Shown here in pieces: positions 1-8,744 of a stretch of DNA of 64,000 nucleotides. Every line of letters starts with the position of its first letter. The stretch's first letter is position 1. The notes beneath the pieces are model-generated. The model did no database searches. It was not told the origin of the DNA and saw only the letters and a list, made by a program, of their open reading frames with translations. Source of the DNA: a virus. Taxonomy: Duplodnaviria; Caudoviricetes. The stretch lies in IMG/VR virus record IMGVR_UViG_2690315628_000002, positions 8,517-72,516 of that record; one strand, given 5' to 3'. The translations under genes were made by a program, and so were the position numbers.

Positions 1-93
1 CGGACCAGGATGATGAAGTGGTACAGCGAGAAGCTTGTCACCTTGTCAAAGAAGGTCCCCAATCGAGACGACTTGCTTGAGGGGCTTCTTTGA
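1..93 (+). CDS. 3' end of a P4-type tyrosine integrase (partial, begins upstream of window)
   Basis: Frame 1 reads RTRMMKWYSEKLVTLSKKVPNRDDLLEGLL*; RxxMMxW(Y/W) resembles the C-terminal helix of P4-family integrases; an AlpA-type excisionase gene is nearby. Confidence 0.6.
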   Translation, partial: RTRMMKWYSEKLVTLSKKVPNRDDLLEGLL

Positions 94-420
94 AGGCATG
101 TGCAAGCGCAGAAACTCGATCACCTCCGTGGCCGTGTAGAACACATTGATTTCGACACCAACCTCGGCAAACCGTTTGATTTCGCCGCTTTGCCCCGGTG
201 ACAGTCCGCCATCTTTCCGCTTCCGAGCGGCGGGCTTTTTCATCTCGATGAGGAACAGCTTTCCGTATCCTGCGAAGAGGCGATCAGGGCAGCCCACGCG
301 ACCCTGATACTGGATTTTGCGAACGATCCACGAATTGTTTTCCGCCCATGCTACAGCATCCAGCTCTTCGTTTTTCTCGATTTTGCGCGTGGCGAAGTCG
401 AAATCGGCGAGGGGCTTCAT
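46..420 (-). CDS. VRR-NUC domain nuclease (resolvase-like)
   Basis: GCPDRL..LFLIEMKKP..LSPGQ PD-(D/E)xK motif; ATGA-coupled to the polymerase stop. Confidence 0.85.
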   Translation of the reverse strand: MKPLADFDFATRKIEKNEELDAVAWAENNSWIVRKIQYQGRVGCPDRLFAGYGKLFLIEMKKPAARKRKDGGLSPGQSGEIKRFAEVGVEINVFYTATEVIEFLRLHMPSKKPLKQVVSIGDLL

Positions 421-2459
421 GCTGCGACCACCCATGTGCGCAATACGGTTTCCCGGTTTGCTTTGGTGAGGCGGATGCGCTTCAGCTTCGGGGGCTTCGA
501 ACCATAAAAACCGAGATCGCTGAGGATCGTCTCGGTTTCCTCAATGTAGCGATGATAATCGATGTCCTCCGGAAAGTCGTCAGGGAGGCGCATGCATTCT
601 GCCGCGCCGTCGGTTTTCGGGATTTTCTTGAAATTGCCTGTCGTCTCATGGGGCACGGTGTCATAGATCGCGTCACCATCCGTCGACCAATAGTATCGGA
701 TCGCCTTGCCGAGATACTGGTCGCGCCACGTTGCACCGTTGGCAGCTTTGATGACGGTGACAAACTGGCGGATGTCGCGGCAGGCCTTGATTGTTTCCTC
801 AATCGGCGTGCCGTGCTTGATGCGAGCCAAGGCAGCGTCGGAGCAGATCGTCATCTGCGGGTTCTTCATCAACTGACCGCGTACCGGATCGAAATCAGAC
901 TTGTCGGGGTTCCACGGGTTGCCGAGCGGTCCCTTGCGCTTGTGCTTGCCGTCCATCTTGATCGCAAAGTAGCTGTTGACCGACTGATTGTAGATGGCCT
1001 TGTATTCGCCGAATTCGAGGTCGAAACCGGTGTCGGCTTCCCACTGAGCGCAAACCTGCTGTAGAACCGACGGCTTCAGGCGGTCTTTCACCATCCCGTC
1101 GTACATCTCGCGCGGGCACTGGAAGAGCACACCATCGGTGTTTCCGCTGACTACGTTAATGCCGGCTTCAAGCGCACGTTCGACAAGCATCAGAATGGCG
1201 AGCTGGCACGTAAGCGTCACAGAAAGCAGCAGGTGAGGTGCATAAAGGATGCTGTACCGGCTGCCGAGCTTCCCGTAGACACCGTTCAACTGGATCTTAC
1301 CACCCTTGTCCTTCACCTTGCACTCTTCGAGTTCGCGGTTCAGGGCCGCGATGCGATCGGGATCGTTGACCTTGGGTAGTTCTTCTTCGATCTCCTTAGC
1401 GCGCTTCTTGGCTGCCAGGCGTTCTCTGCGAATGCCATCGTAGGCTTCTAGGAATTCCGGGCCCAGTGACCGCGGATATAGACCGAGCATGAGGATCGCG
1501 GCCGGATACTGAGACGCCACGTCCGCATCGATGAGGATGTGCGTGTCTGTCGAGAAGGTCGCCCGGTTGGACTCGGTAGTGTGAATGCCTCCGATCCCGA
1601 ACTGATACACCTCCGTGCCGAGCTTGATCTGTGCAGCGTCCGTTGACATCCATTTCGGCGACGCAGTCTTTCCGTCGGCCTTGACGACGAATTCTGTTTC
1701 GCGGACGCGCTCGAGCAGTTCCTGTAGGACAGGGGTGCGAAAGGAGACCCAATCAGGAACCGGATATTTGAACGTGGTTCCGGGTTTCGTCTCGACCTTT
1801 TTGACCTTGCGGCCGGTGATCTCTTCGACGCGGGTTTTGACGATCGCTTCGCCGATCTGGCTGTCCGATTTGGACATGAAGTTGCGATTGTAAACTGCTC
1901 CTAGTGCGCGGCGCAGTTCCATCGGTTCGCGCAAGGCGTTCCAGAGATTATGCGTGGCATCAAGATCGGAGTGGAGGCAGTAGTTGGCGACGATGTCCAT
2001 CTGCTCGTGGGTCAGATGCATGTCGGGAGGGAAAGGCAGGTCTTGGAGCTGCTTGCCGTGCATGCGCCCGTTGAGGGACTTCAGGCTCGCGAACGCGTTG
2101 GGCTGCGGCTCGGAGAGGTCAATATGGAGTTTCTTGACCTCGAAGGGGATATTGATCCCGAGGAACTCTTCGGCTTCCCACCACTGGATGTTACCTTCGA
2201 TGAGGCGGTCGCTGGCGCGTTTGAGATGTGCGTTGGTGACGTGTTCCTGTAACGAGTACCAGATCATCGGAACGTCGTAGGATAAGCTTCGATATCCGAC
2301 CGTGGTATGCTTCTTCAGAACTGAGCGCACATATCTGCGGTCATAGTTCGATGACCGTGAGCTGAGTTCAACGCCGACACGCTTGCCGTCTTCTTCGCGC
2401 TTGAAGCCGATATAGAAGAAATCGTGATAACACTCAATGTCGGTAAAAATCACACTCAT
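417..2459 (-). CDS. Family B DNA polymerase with N-terminal 3'-5' exonuclease
   Basis: Exo I DIECY; polymerase motifs DVASQYP, KIQLNGVYGKLG, NTDG. Confidence 0.9.
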   Translation of the reverse strand: MSVIFTDIECYHDFFYIGFKREEDGKRVGVELSSRSSNYDRRYVRSVLKKHTTVGYRSLSYDVPMIWYSLQEHVTNAHLKRASDRLIEGNIQWWEAEEFLGINIPFEVKKLHIDLSEPQPNAFASLKSLNGRMHGKQLQDLPFPPDMHLTHEQMDIVANYCLHSDLDATHNLWNALREPMELRRALGAVYNRNFMSKSDSQIGEAIVKTRVEEITGRKVKKVETKPGTTFKYPVPDWVSFRTPVLQELLERVRETEFVVKADGKTASPKWMSTDAAQIKLGTEVYQFGIGGIHTTESNRATFSTDTHILIDADVASQYPAAILMLGLYPRSLGPEFLEAYDGIRRERLAAKKRAKEIEEELPKVNDPDRIAALNRELEECKVKDKGGKIQLNGVYGKLGSRYSILYAPHLLLSVTLTCQLAILMLVERALEAGINVVSGNTDGVLFQCPREMYDGMVKDRLKPSVLQQVCAQWEADTGFDLEFGEYKAIYNQSVNSYFAIKMDGKHKRKGPLGNPWNPDKSDFDPVRGQLMKNPQMTICSDAALARIKHGTPIEETIKACRDIRQFVTVIKAANGATWRDQYLGKAIRYYWSTDGDAIYDTVPHETTGNFKKIPKTDGAAECMRLPDDFPEDIDYHRYIEETETILSDLGFYGSKPPKLKRIRLTKANRETVLRTWVVAA

Positions 2460-2611
2460 GCGGCTTCTTCTCGTCTAAGATTTTGCCCGATTTGACCCTC
2501 GGAGCCGGGGTCGGTTGGCGGTCTTTAGCCGCCGATTGCATGGCGACCTCCATCTGCTCGGTTTCATCGAACATCGTTCGGCTGACAAAATTACTCATAA
2601 CGACTCTTGAA

Positions 2612-2648
2612 TTTCACGTAAAGAGTGAATATCACTTTTAACGAGACG
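2612..2648. promoter_or_regulatory. Tandem phage operator sites in the divergent polymerase/alpA intergenic region
   Basis: TCAC-GTAAAGA-GTGA (2614-2628) and TCAC-TTTTAAC-GAGA (2632-2646). Confidence 0.65.
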
Positions 2649-2662
2649 AATGGAGACACGAA

Positions 2663-2872
2663 ATGAATGATAGTCTTATGAGGGTGACCGACGTGTCGAA
2701 GGTGACGACCTTATCCCGCGCCGAAATTTACCGCCGAGTGAAGGCCGGCACCTTCCCCGCGCAGACGCGCATTTCCCATCGCTTCTCAGCCTGGAACAGG
2801 CGTGACGTTGAGCAGTGGATCGCAAACACCACACGCCGTCCGAATGTCGATCTCACTGACCTACTGGTGTGA
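2663..2872 (+). CDS. alpA: AlpA-family excisionase/regulator
   Basis: LMRVTDVSKVTTLSRAEIYRRVKAGTFPAQ..SAWNRRDVEQWI is a typical AlpA HTH. Confidence 0.85.
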   Translation: MNDSLMRVTDVSKVTTLSRAEIYRRVKAGTFPAQTRISHRFSAWNRRDVEQWIANTTRRPNVDLTDLLV

Positions 2873-2875
2873 GCC

Positions 2876-3577
2876 ATGGTCGATCTCAGTGATTTGATGG
2901 GTGGCGATGAGCCTACTGGCCGTCCTAGAGGTCGGCCGACGAAGGCCGAGGCCGAGGCACGGCTGCAGAAGCAGATGCAGGAAGACCTCCCGCATTACAC
3001 CGAGTTCCGTAAGCCCGTCGGTGTGATGTTCATCGCGAACGTGGTCGGCAAGCAGCCGAAGCAAATCCAGAAGCGACTGGAAAAGTGCCCGGTATCGAAA
3101 TGGGCCACCCACGGCGGCAAGCAGGTGCCGTTCTACGATTTCATGACTGCCATGTCCTATCTCGTGCCGCCGCGCGGGAGCATCGAGGACTGGTTCGCTC
3201 AGCAGAATGCCGCCAGCCTACCGCCCTATGTCAACAAGATGTGGTGGGACTCCGCTCACCAACGAAACCGAGTGATGCTGGCGTCGGGTGATCTCTGGCA
3301 TACCGAAGACGTGATGCTTGTTCTCGGGCGCGTCGCGATGATGATCCGCCAAGACGTGAAGATGTGGATCGAAGACCTGCCGGAGAAGGAGTTGCTCAGC
3401 AACAAGCAGTATGGCGCCTTAGTCGATGCCACAAACCGGCTTGTTGAAGAAATCCGCAAGACGCTCGTAGAGATGCCTCGCGAAACCCTTTCCATGACCG
3501 CACACATCAAGAGCGAGCTGGATAGCAGCGGCCGGATGATTGATGATGCTGACCGGCCTGCGGGAGATGATGAGTGA
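2876..3577 (+). CDS. Terminase small subunit (Nu1/DUF1441-like)
   Basis: Upstream of GpA; N-terminal HTH-like region and helical C-terminus (WWDSAHQR..GDLWHTEDV) as in Chi-like TerS. Confidence 0.7.
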   Translation: MVDLSDLMGGDEPTGRPRGRPTKAEAEARLQKQMQEDLPHYTEFRKPVGVMFIANVVGKQPKQIQKRLEKCPVSKWATHGGKQVPFYDFMTAMSYLVPPRGSIEDWFAQQNAASLPPYVNKMWWDSAHQRNRVMLASGDLWHTEDVMLVLGRVAMMIRQDVKMWIEDLPEKELLSNKQYGALVDATNRLVEEIRKTLVEMPRETLSMTAHIKSELDSSGRMIDDADRPAGDDE

Positions 3578-4386
3578 ACGCTCCTCTTCCCGGCGACACA
3601 ATTGTAGTCTGGTTCTCGAATGGCGCCGCCAGTGCCGTTGCCGCGTGGGAGACTATCCGTCGCTACGGCGCGATTTGCGACGTTCGCGTTGTAAACAATC
3701 CGATTATTGAAGAAGACGAAGATAATCTTCGGTTTCAGACTGACGTTTCTCGGTGGTTAGGTCTGCCGATCATCCTTCATGGAAACCCCGAGTATCCTTC
3801 TAATTCCGCTGTCGACATATGGGAAAAACGCAAGGCAATGGTGTTTCCGAAAGGGGCACCGTGTACAGTTCACGGGAAAAAAGAAGCGCGGCAGGACTAC
3901 GAAAAGCATCATCGAGTTGACTGGCACGTATTCGGGTTCACTGCTGACGAACGGGATCGCCACGAGCGGTTTGTCTTAACCGAGCGCGACAATGTTTTAC
4001 CGGTCCTGATTGATGGAAACTACACAAAAGACGACTGTGCATCGCTGCTGCAATTCTTCCGAATAGCGCTCCCTCGGATATATAGCCTTGGGTTCCCGAA
4101 TGCCAACTGCAAGGGCTGCGTGAAGGCTACGAGCCCCACGTACTGGAATCTGGTTCGTCGCATATTTCCTGATGTTTTCGCTGCCCGCGCCGAGCAATCT
4201 CGCCGTCTTGGAGTTCGCCTAGTTCGTTACAAAGGCGAACGGATTTTCCTAGACGAGCTGCCTCCGGATGCTGTTGGCCGCCCTCTTAAAACGATGCGCA
4301 TTGAATGCGGAATCGTCTGCGAGGAAGACCCGACAGGTGACCGTGAGGAATACTTCAATGTTACAGAATGGTTGTTGGCCGCATGA
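3574..4386 (+). CDS. PAPS-reductase-like (PP-loop) protein with Cys cluster
   Basis: VVWFSNGAASAVA PP-loop-like motif; APCT, GFTADE, NANCKGCVKA, ECGIVC. Confidence 0.7.
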   Translation: MNAPLPGDTIVVWFSNGAASAVAAWETIRRYGAICDVRVVNNPIIEEDEDNLRFQTDVSRWLGLPIILHGNPEYPSNSAVDIWEKRKAMVFPKGAPCTVHGKKEARQDYEKHHRVDWHVFGFTADERDRHERFVLTERDNVLPVLIDGNYTKDDCASLLQFFRIALPRIYSLGFPNANCKGCVKATSPTYWNLVRRIFPDVFAARAEQSRRLGVRLVRYKGERIFLDELPPDAVGRPLKTMRIECGIVCEEDPTGDREEYFNVTEWLLAA

Positions 4387-6566
4387 ACTCACCTCTCCGC
4401 CAAATTCGCCCACCGACAATTGATGAACTAATCAGTTCCGTGCGGTTTAAAACGCTCGAGGATATTGTTGCATCAGCGTTCGACGAGATGAAGCCGGCGA
4501 ACCGCATGACGGTGACCGATGCTGCGAAGGAGTATTCGAGAATTGGCACCGGAGGCGGGCATAGCCAGCCATGGTCCGAAGATCGGACACCCTATCTCCG
4601 AGAGCCACAAGACGAAACGACATCGCTCGATTTCACGGGCATGGTTTTCTTAGGACCAGCGCGAACCGGTAAAACGGTGATGGTCCTGAACATGATCAGT
4701 CACACCGTAAAAACTGATCCCACCGACATGCTGCTGGTCCACATGGACCGCGAGAATGCCAGAAAGTGGTCAAACGGCGATTTAAGTCGATACCTCAAAG
4801 CCTCCACGCAAATCCGCGCTGAGCAGCTTACGGCCCGTCAGTACGACAACACGTTCGACAAAACATTCAAGAGCGGGATGCGGGTACTGGTGACCTATCC
4901 TACGCCAGCGAACCTCTCAGGCATCACCGTCAGGATCGGCGCATCGATCGACTACGACCGTTCAGAGGATGATATCGGCGGTGAAGGTAACCTCTACGAC
5001 CTTCTGTCCATGCGCACGACGACATTCAAACGCTTCGGTATGACCATTGCTGAGTCATCGCCGAACCCGAATAAGGAAATCCAAGACCCTCGGTGGATGG
5101 CCAAGACGCCTCATGAGGCACCTCCAATCCGGGGCATATTCGCGCTGTATAATCGCGGTGACCGTCGCAGATGGCAGTGGTGTTGCCCTCAGTGCGAGGA
5201 GTGGTTTGAGCCGGATTTCAAATTACTTGACTGGGGCGGGCATACGGATCCCATGGAAGCGCGTGATGCGACGATTATGATTTGTCCTTCGCATGGCTGT
5301 ATCATCAAGCCACATCAGAAACACGACCTCAACCGCCATGGCCGCTGGATCCGAGAAGGGGAAATGATAGAATCCGGCCTGTCTGGCAAGACTGTCGTCC
5401 GCCCAGGTATGAAAGTCACGCGGTCAACGATCGCCTCGTTTTGGTTGAAAGGCCCGGCCGCTGGTTATCGCGAGTGGGGCGATCTCGTGATGCTCGAGCT
5501 TAACGCTCTCAAGGAACTCGAAGAGACTGGCGACGACAGTGCGCTCAGGAAGACCAGAACGACTGACCAAGGGACCTTCTATATCCCGCAGGCCCGGCTG
5601 TCCGATTTTGCACCCGAACTGCTGAAAGCCAAGGGCGAGGACTGGGGATCGACACCCGAAGAGCCTCTTGTGCCAGAAGGCGTGCGATACCTCGTTTCGA
5701 CCGTCGACATCCAGAAGCGCGCGTTCGTAGTCCAGGTGTTGGGTTACACGGCAGACGGTGATCGTGTCGTCATCGACATGTACAAGGTTAGATTGTCAAA
5801 CCGCCGCAACGCGAACGGTGATCGCCTGCCCATCGATCCTGCGGCATTTGGCGAAGATTGGGATGTTCTCATTCCGGAGGTTATGGGGAAAACCTACGAA
5901 TTGTGCGACGGCAGTGGTCGACGCATGGCGATCCGTGCCACTGCCTCCGACTCCGGCGGTGCTGAAGGTGTGACGGCTCACGCCTATAATTTCTGGCGCC
6001 GCCTGAAATCGAAGCAGGACGGCTCGCACCGTCGTTTTATCCTCGTAAAGGGTGAGGCGTCTAAATCGAAGCCGTTGGCTCGAACGGAATGGCCCGACTC
6101 ATCTCAGAAAGGACCGCTCGCAATCGCCCGAGGGGATGTGCCGGTCGTTATGCTGAATTCGAACAAGCTTAAGGATGCGGTCTCATTGCTCATGTCGCGG
6201 CGAATCGCCGAGGAAGGCGGCGAGGGTGGAATGTTGCGGTTCCCTGACTGGGCTGAAGACTGGTATTTCGTTCAGCTAACGTCCGAGACGCGATCAGCGA
6301 AGGGGTGGCTGAACACCCGCAAGAAACGCAACGAAGCATTCGACTTGACCTACTATGCCGAGGGTATTTCGCTGCGACCAGTCGAAAAAAATGTGCCTTA
6401 CACACATTTCGGCTTTGACCGAATTGACTGGAAAAACCCGCCGTCGTGGGCAGAGGAATGGGATCGAAACGACCTCGTGTCAGGCGGTACGCGGGACGAT
6501 GAGCCTCCACCAGTAAAAAGCACTGGATTAAGCGCACTGGCAGAGCTTGCAAAAAAATTAGCATAA
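4383..6566 (+). CDS. Terminase large subunit, lambda GpA family
   Basis: RTPYLREP, Walker A GPARTGKT, ESSP, GDRRRWQWCCPQC, TVDIQ, DSGG, RNEAFDLTYYA. Confidence 0.95.
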   Translation: MNSPLRQIRPPTIDELISSVRFKTLEDIVASAFDEMKPANRMTVTDAAKEYSRIGTGGGHSQPWSEDRTPYLREPQDETTSLDFTGMVFLGPARTGKTVMVLNMISHTVKTDPTDMLLVHMDRENARKWSNGDLSRYLKASTQIRAEQLTARQYDNTFDKTFKSGMRVLVTYPTPANLSGITVRIGASIDYDRSEDDIGGEGNLYDLLSMRTTTFKRFGMTIAESSPNPNKEIQDPRWMAKTPHEAPPIRGIFALYNRGDRRRWQWCCPQCEEWFEPDFKLLDWGGHTDPMEARDATIMICPSHGCIIKPHQKHDLNRHGRWIREGEMIESGLSGKTVVRPGMKVTRSTIASFWLKGPAAGYREWGDLVMLELNALKELEETGDDSALRKTRTTDQGTFYIPQARLSDFAPELLKAKGEDWGSTPEEPLVPEGVRYLVSTVDIQKRAFVVQVLGYTADGDRVVIDMYKVRLSNRRNANGDRLPIDPAAFGEDWDVLIPEVMGKTYELCDGSGRRMAIRATASDSGGAEGVTAHAYNFWRRLKSKQDGSHRRFILVKGEASKSKPLARTEWPDSSQKGPLAIARGDVPVVMLNSNKLKDAVSLLMSRRIAEEGGEGGMLRFPDWAEDWYFVQLTSETRSAKGWLNTRKKRNEAFDLTYYAEGISLRPVEKNVPYTHFGFDRIDWKNPPSWAEEWDRNDLVSGGTRDDEPPPVKSTGLSALAELAKKLA

Positions 6567-6647
6567 AAATCACGCTAGGATTGACTTTCACCTTTTGAGT
6601 GCATAATTGTCACGTAACGGCAGCGCTTGAACAGAAAGGAGGTCTTG

Positions 6648-6725
6648 ATGAACTTGCTCGTTAACGTGGTTGAAATTGCTGAGTTTATGCATTTTCGCCC
6701 GCTACGGTTATTAAGTCGCCCATGA
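6648..6725 (+). CDS. Possible 25-aa peptide in the AT-rich terL-gpW gap
   Basis: AAGGAGG SD then MNLLVNVVEIAEFMHFRPLRLLSRP*; TTGACT and two operators upstream. Confidence 0.3.
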   Translation: MNLLVNVVEIAEFMHFRPLRLLSRP

Positions 6726-6828
6726 TGGGCAAAACATGGAAATGGTTTACAAAATTCCAACTTAATATTGTAATTAAGAATGAACAGCGGTATTACTCAC
6801 CCTGCAAGAGCGCATTGCGGGGTGACAC

Positions 6829-7056
6829 ATGGCGACAATCGCCGAATTACAGGGTTGGCTACGAGAGGCTGAAAAAGCCCTCCACGAACTGTTGACCGGT
6901 AAAGGTGTCGCCGAGGTTCGTGACAGCAACGGCGAGTCCGTCCGCTATACGATGGCAAACGTCTCTCGCCTTCGTCAGTATATTGAAGATCTCAAAGCCC
7001 AAATCGCAGGACAGCCGAGAACCCCGCATCGTGTCATGAGGCCGACGTGGGGATGA
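6829..7056 (+). CDS. gpW-like head-tail joining protein
   Basis: ALHELLTGKGVAEVRDSNGESVRYTMANVSRLRQYI; between TerL and portal as in lambda. Confidence 0.85.
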   Translation: MATIAELQGWLREAEKALHELLTGKGVAEVRDSNGESVRYTMANVSRLRQYIEDLKAQIAGQPRTPHRVMRPTWG

Positions 7057-8744
7057 GAGCGGCTGTTGATCTTTCAGACCTGATCGGAACCGCCGCTGAT
7101 GTCTCCACAGCGGTTGCCGATGCGGTGCGTCCGCCCGGTGCTACGGCGGCAGCATCGGGCGGTGTTGCCTATGACGGCGCATCGAAAGTTGACCGGCTTG
7201 CTCGTTGGCAGCCCGCAATCCGTTCTGCTGACGCGGAAATCCTTCCTGAAAAACAAAACCTTGACGCGCGAGCGCGCGACACAATTCGCAACGATGCATT
7301 TGTGTCCGGTGGCGCTGACATCTATCGCGACTCGATTGTTGGTTCTCGTTATCAACTGAATGCCCGCCCCGAGACGAAGGTCTTGTGGGGCAAAGAGGAT
7401 GCGAAGTGGGAAGAAGAGTTTCAGGAAGAAACTGAGACCAAGTTTATGCTGTGGGGCGAAAGCCAGCAGAAATGGTCAGACGCTGCCCGTATCAATACCT
7501 TCACTGCACAGGTCCGTCTCGGTGTCTGCACGTTCTTCGGCGGCGGGGAAATTCTGGCAAGCGCCGAATGGATGCCGGCTGATGGTCGCCCATACCGTTC
7601 CGCCGTGCAGATGATCGACCCTGATCGGCTTTCCACTCCGATGGACAAGCTCATGCAGGATTGGTCTCGCATCCGAAACGGCGTTGAGCGTGACCGTCGC
7701 GGTGCTCCGATCGCCTACCACATTCGGAATTCCCATCCGAACGACGGCCCGTATCACGATTTCTCCAACCTCTCCGACATGAACTGGACACGGGTCCCGG
7801 CTCGCAACCGGTGGGGTCGACCTATGATTCTGCACGTCTACGAGCAGGACCGGCCCGACCAGTCCCGCGGCGTGTCCGATATCGTTTCGGCACTGTCCGA
7901 AATGCGGATGACGAAGCATTTCCGTCGCACGGAGCTGGAACGCGCTGTCGTTGCAGCCAGCTACGCAGCTTCGGTCGAGTCGGAAATCCCTGACGATGTC
8001 TTGGCGGCCCTTGGCGGACAGCCTCCCGAGGGTAATGCCACGGTCGAATGGATGACCGCATATCTCGATGCGATCGCGGCGTACAATTCCAATGCAACGA
8101 ACTTACACATGGACGGAGCGAAGATACCCGTATTCGCTCCAGGTACAAAGCTCAAGATTCAGAACACCGGAGCCACCGGTCCACTTGGCGACAAATACGA
8201 GCAGAGCCTTTTGCGCTACATCGCAGCCGCGCTCGGTCTTTCCTACGAGCAGTTCTCGCGCGATTTCACGCAGACAAACTATTCGTCGGCTCGCGCATCG
8301 ATCGGCGAAACGCAGAAGGGCATGAATGCCAAGAAGGCGATTGCAGCCGACGGCGTCGCCAACTTCATTTATCGCCTCTGGCTTGAGGAAGCGATCAACA
8401 AGAACGACCTCGAATGCCTCAAGCGAAAGAACGTCCCACTCTTTTACGAGGGGTTGAACGCCGAGGCGTACTGCGCATGCGAATGGATCGGCGCAGGGCA
8501 GGGCCAGATTGACCCGCTCAAGGAAACTCAGGCCGCTGTTCTCAAGGTCAAGAGCGGTTTTTCCACGAAGGAAGCCGAGATCGCGAAGATGAGCGGTGGC
8601 GACTATCGCCGTGTCGCGCGACAGATCCAGCGTGAGCGCGAACTGGACAGCTTCTACGGCAACCCGTCGATCTACGACAGCACCGACACCAAGGACATGG
8701 AAAACTCACTGTCCGCCACACCAAGAGAAGGAGAGGCGGCGTGA
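7053..8744 (+). CDS. Portal protein, lambda family
   Basis: ARARDTIRND, GVERDRRGAPIAYHI, RPDQSRGVS, YEQFSRDFTQTNYSSARAS, IDPLKE. Confidence 0.95.
   Translation: MRAAVDLSDLIGTAADVSTAVADAVRPPGATAAASGGVAYDGASKVDRLARWQPAIRSADAEILPEKQNLDARARDTIRNDAFVSGGADIYRDSIVGSRYQLNARPETKVLWGKEDAKWEEEFQEETETKFMLWGESQQKWSDAARINTFTAQVRLGVCTFFGGGEILASAEWMPADGRPYRSAVQMIDPDRLSTPMDKLMQDWSRIRNGVERDRRGAPIAYHIRNSHPNDGPYHDFSNLSDMNWTRVPARNRWGRPMILHVYEQDRPDQSRGVSDIVSALSEMRMTKHFRRTELERAVVAASYAASVESEIPDDVLAALGGQPPEGNATVEWMTAYLDAIAAYNSNATNLHMDGAKIPVFAPGTKLKIQNTGATGPLGDKYEQSLLRYIAAALGLSYEQFSRDFTQTNYSSARASIGETQKGMNAKKAIAADGVANFIYRLWLEEAINKNDLECLKRKNVPLFYEGLNAEAYCACEWIGAGQGQIDPLKETQAAVLKVKSGFSTKEAEIAKMSGGDYRRVARQIQRERELDSFYGNPSIYDSTDTKDMENSLSATPREGEAA

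Noticed and set aside
6762-6777. CtrA box TTAA-N7-TTAA
   Set aside because: The spacer is 8 nt and the stretch fits the phage operator at 6757 better.
417-8744. C-terminal AA ClpXP degrons (Pol VVAA, PAPS-like LLAA, portal EAA)
   Set aside because: Each stop is part of a GCATGA/GCGTGA overlap with the next gene, which largely explains the Ala ending; not separable from chance here.
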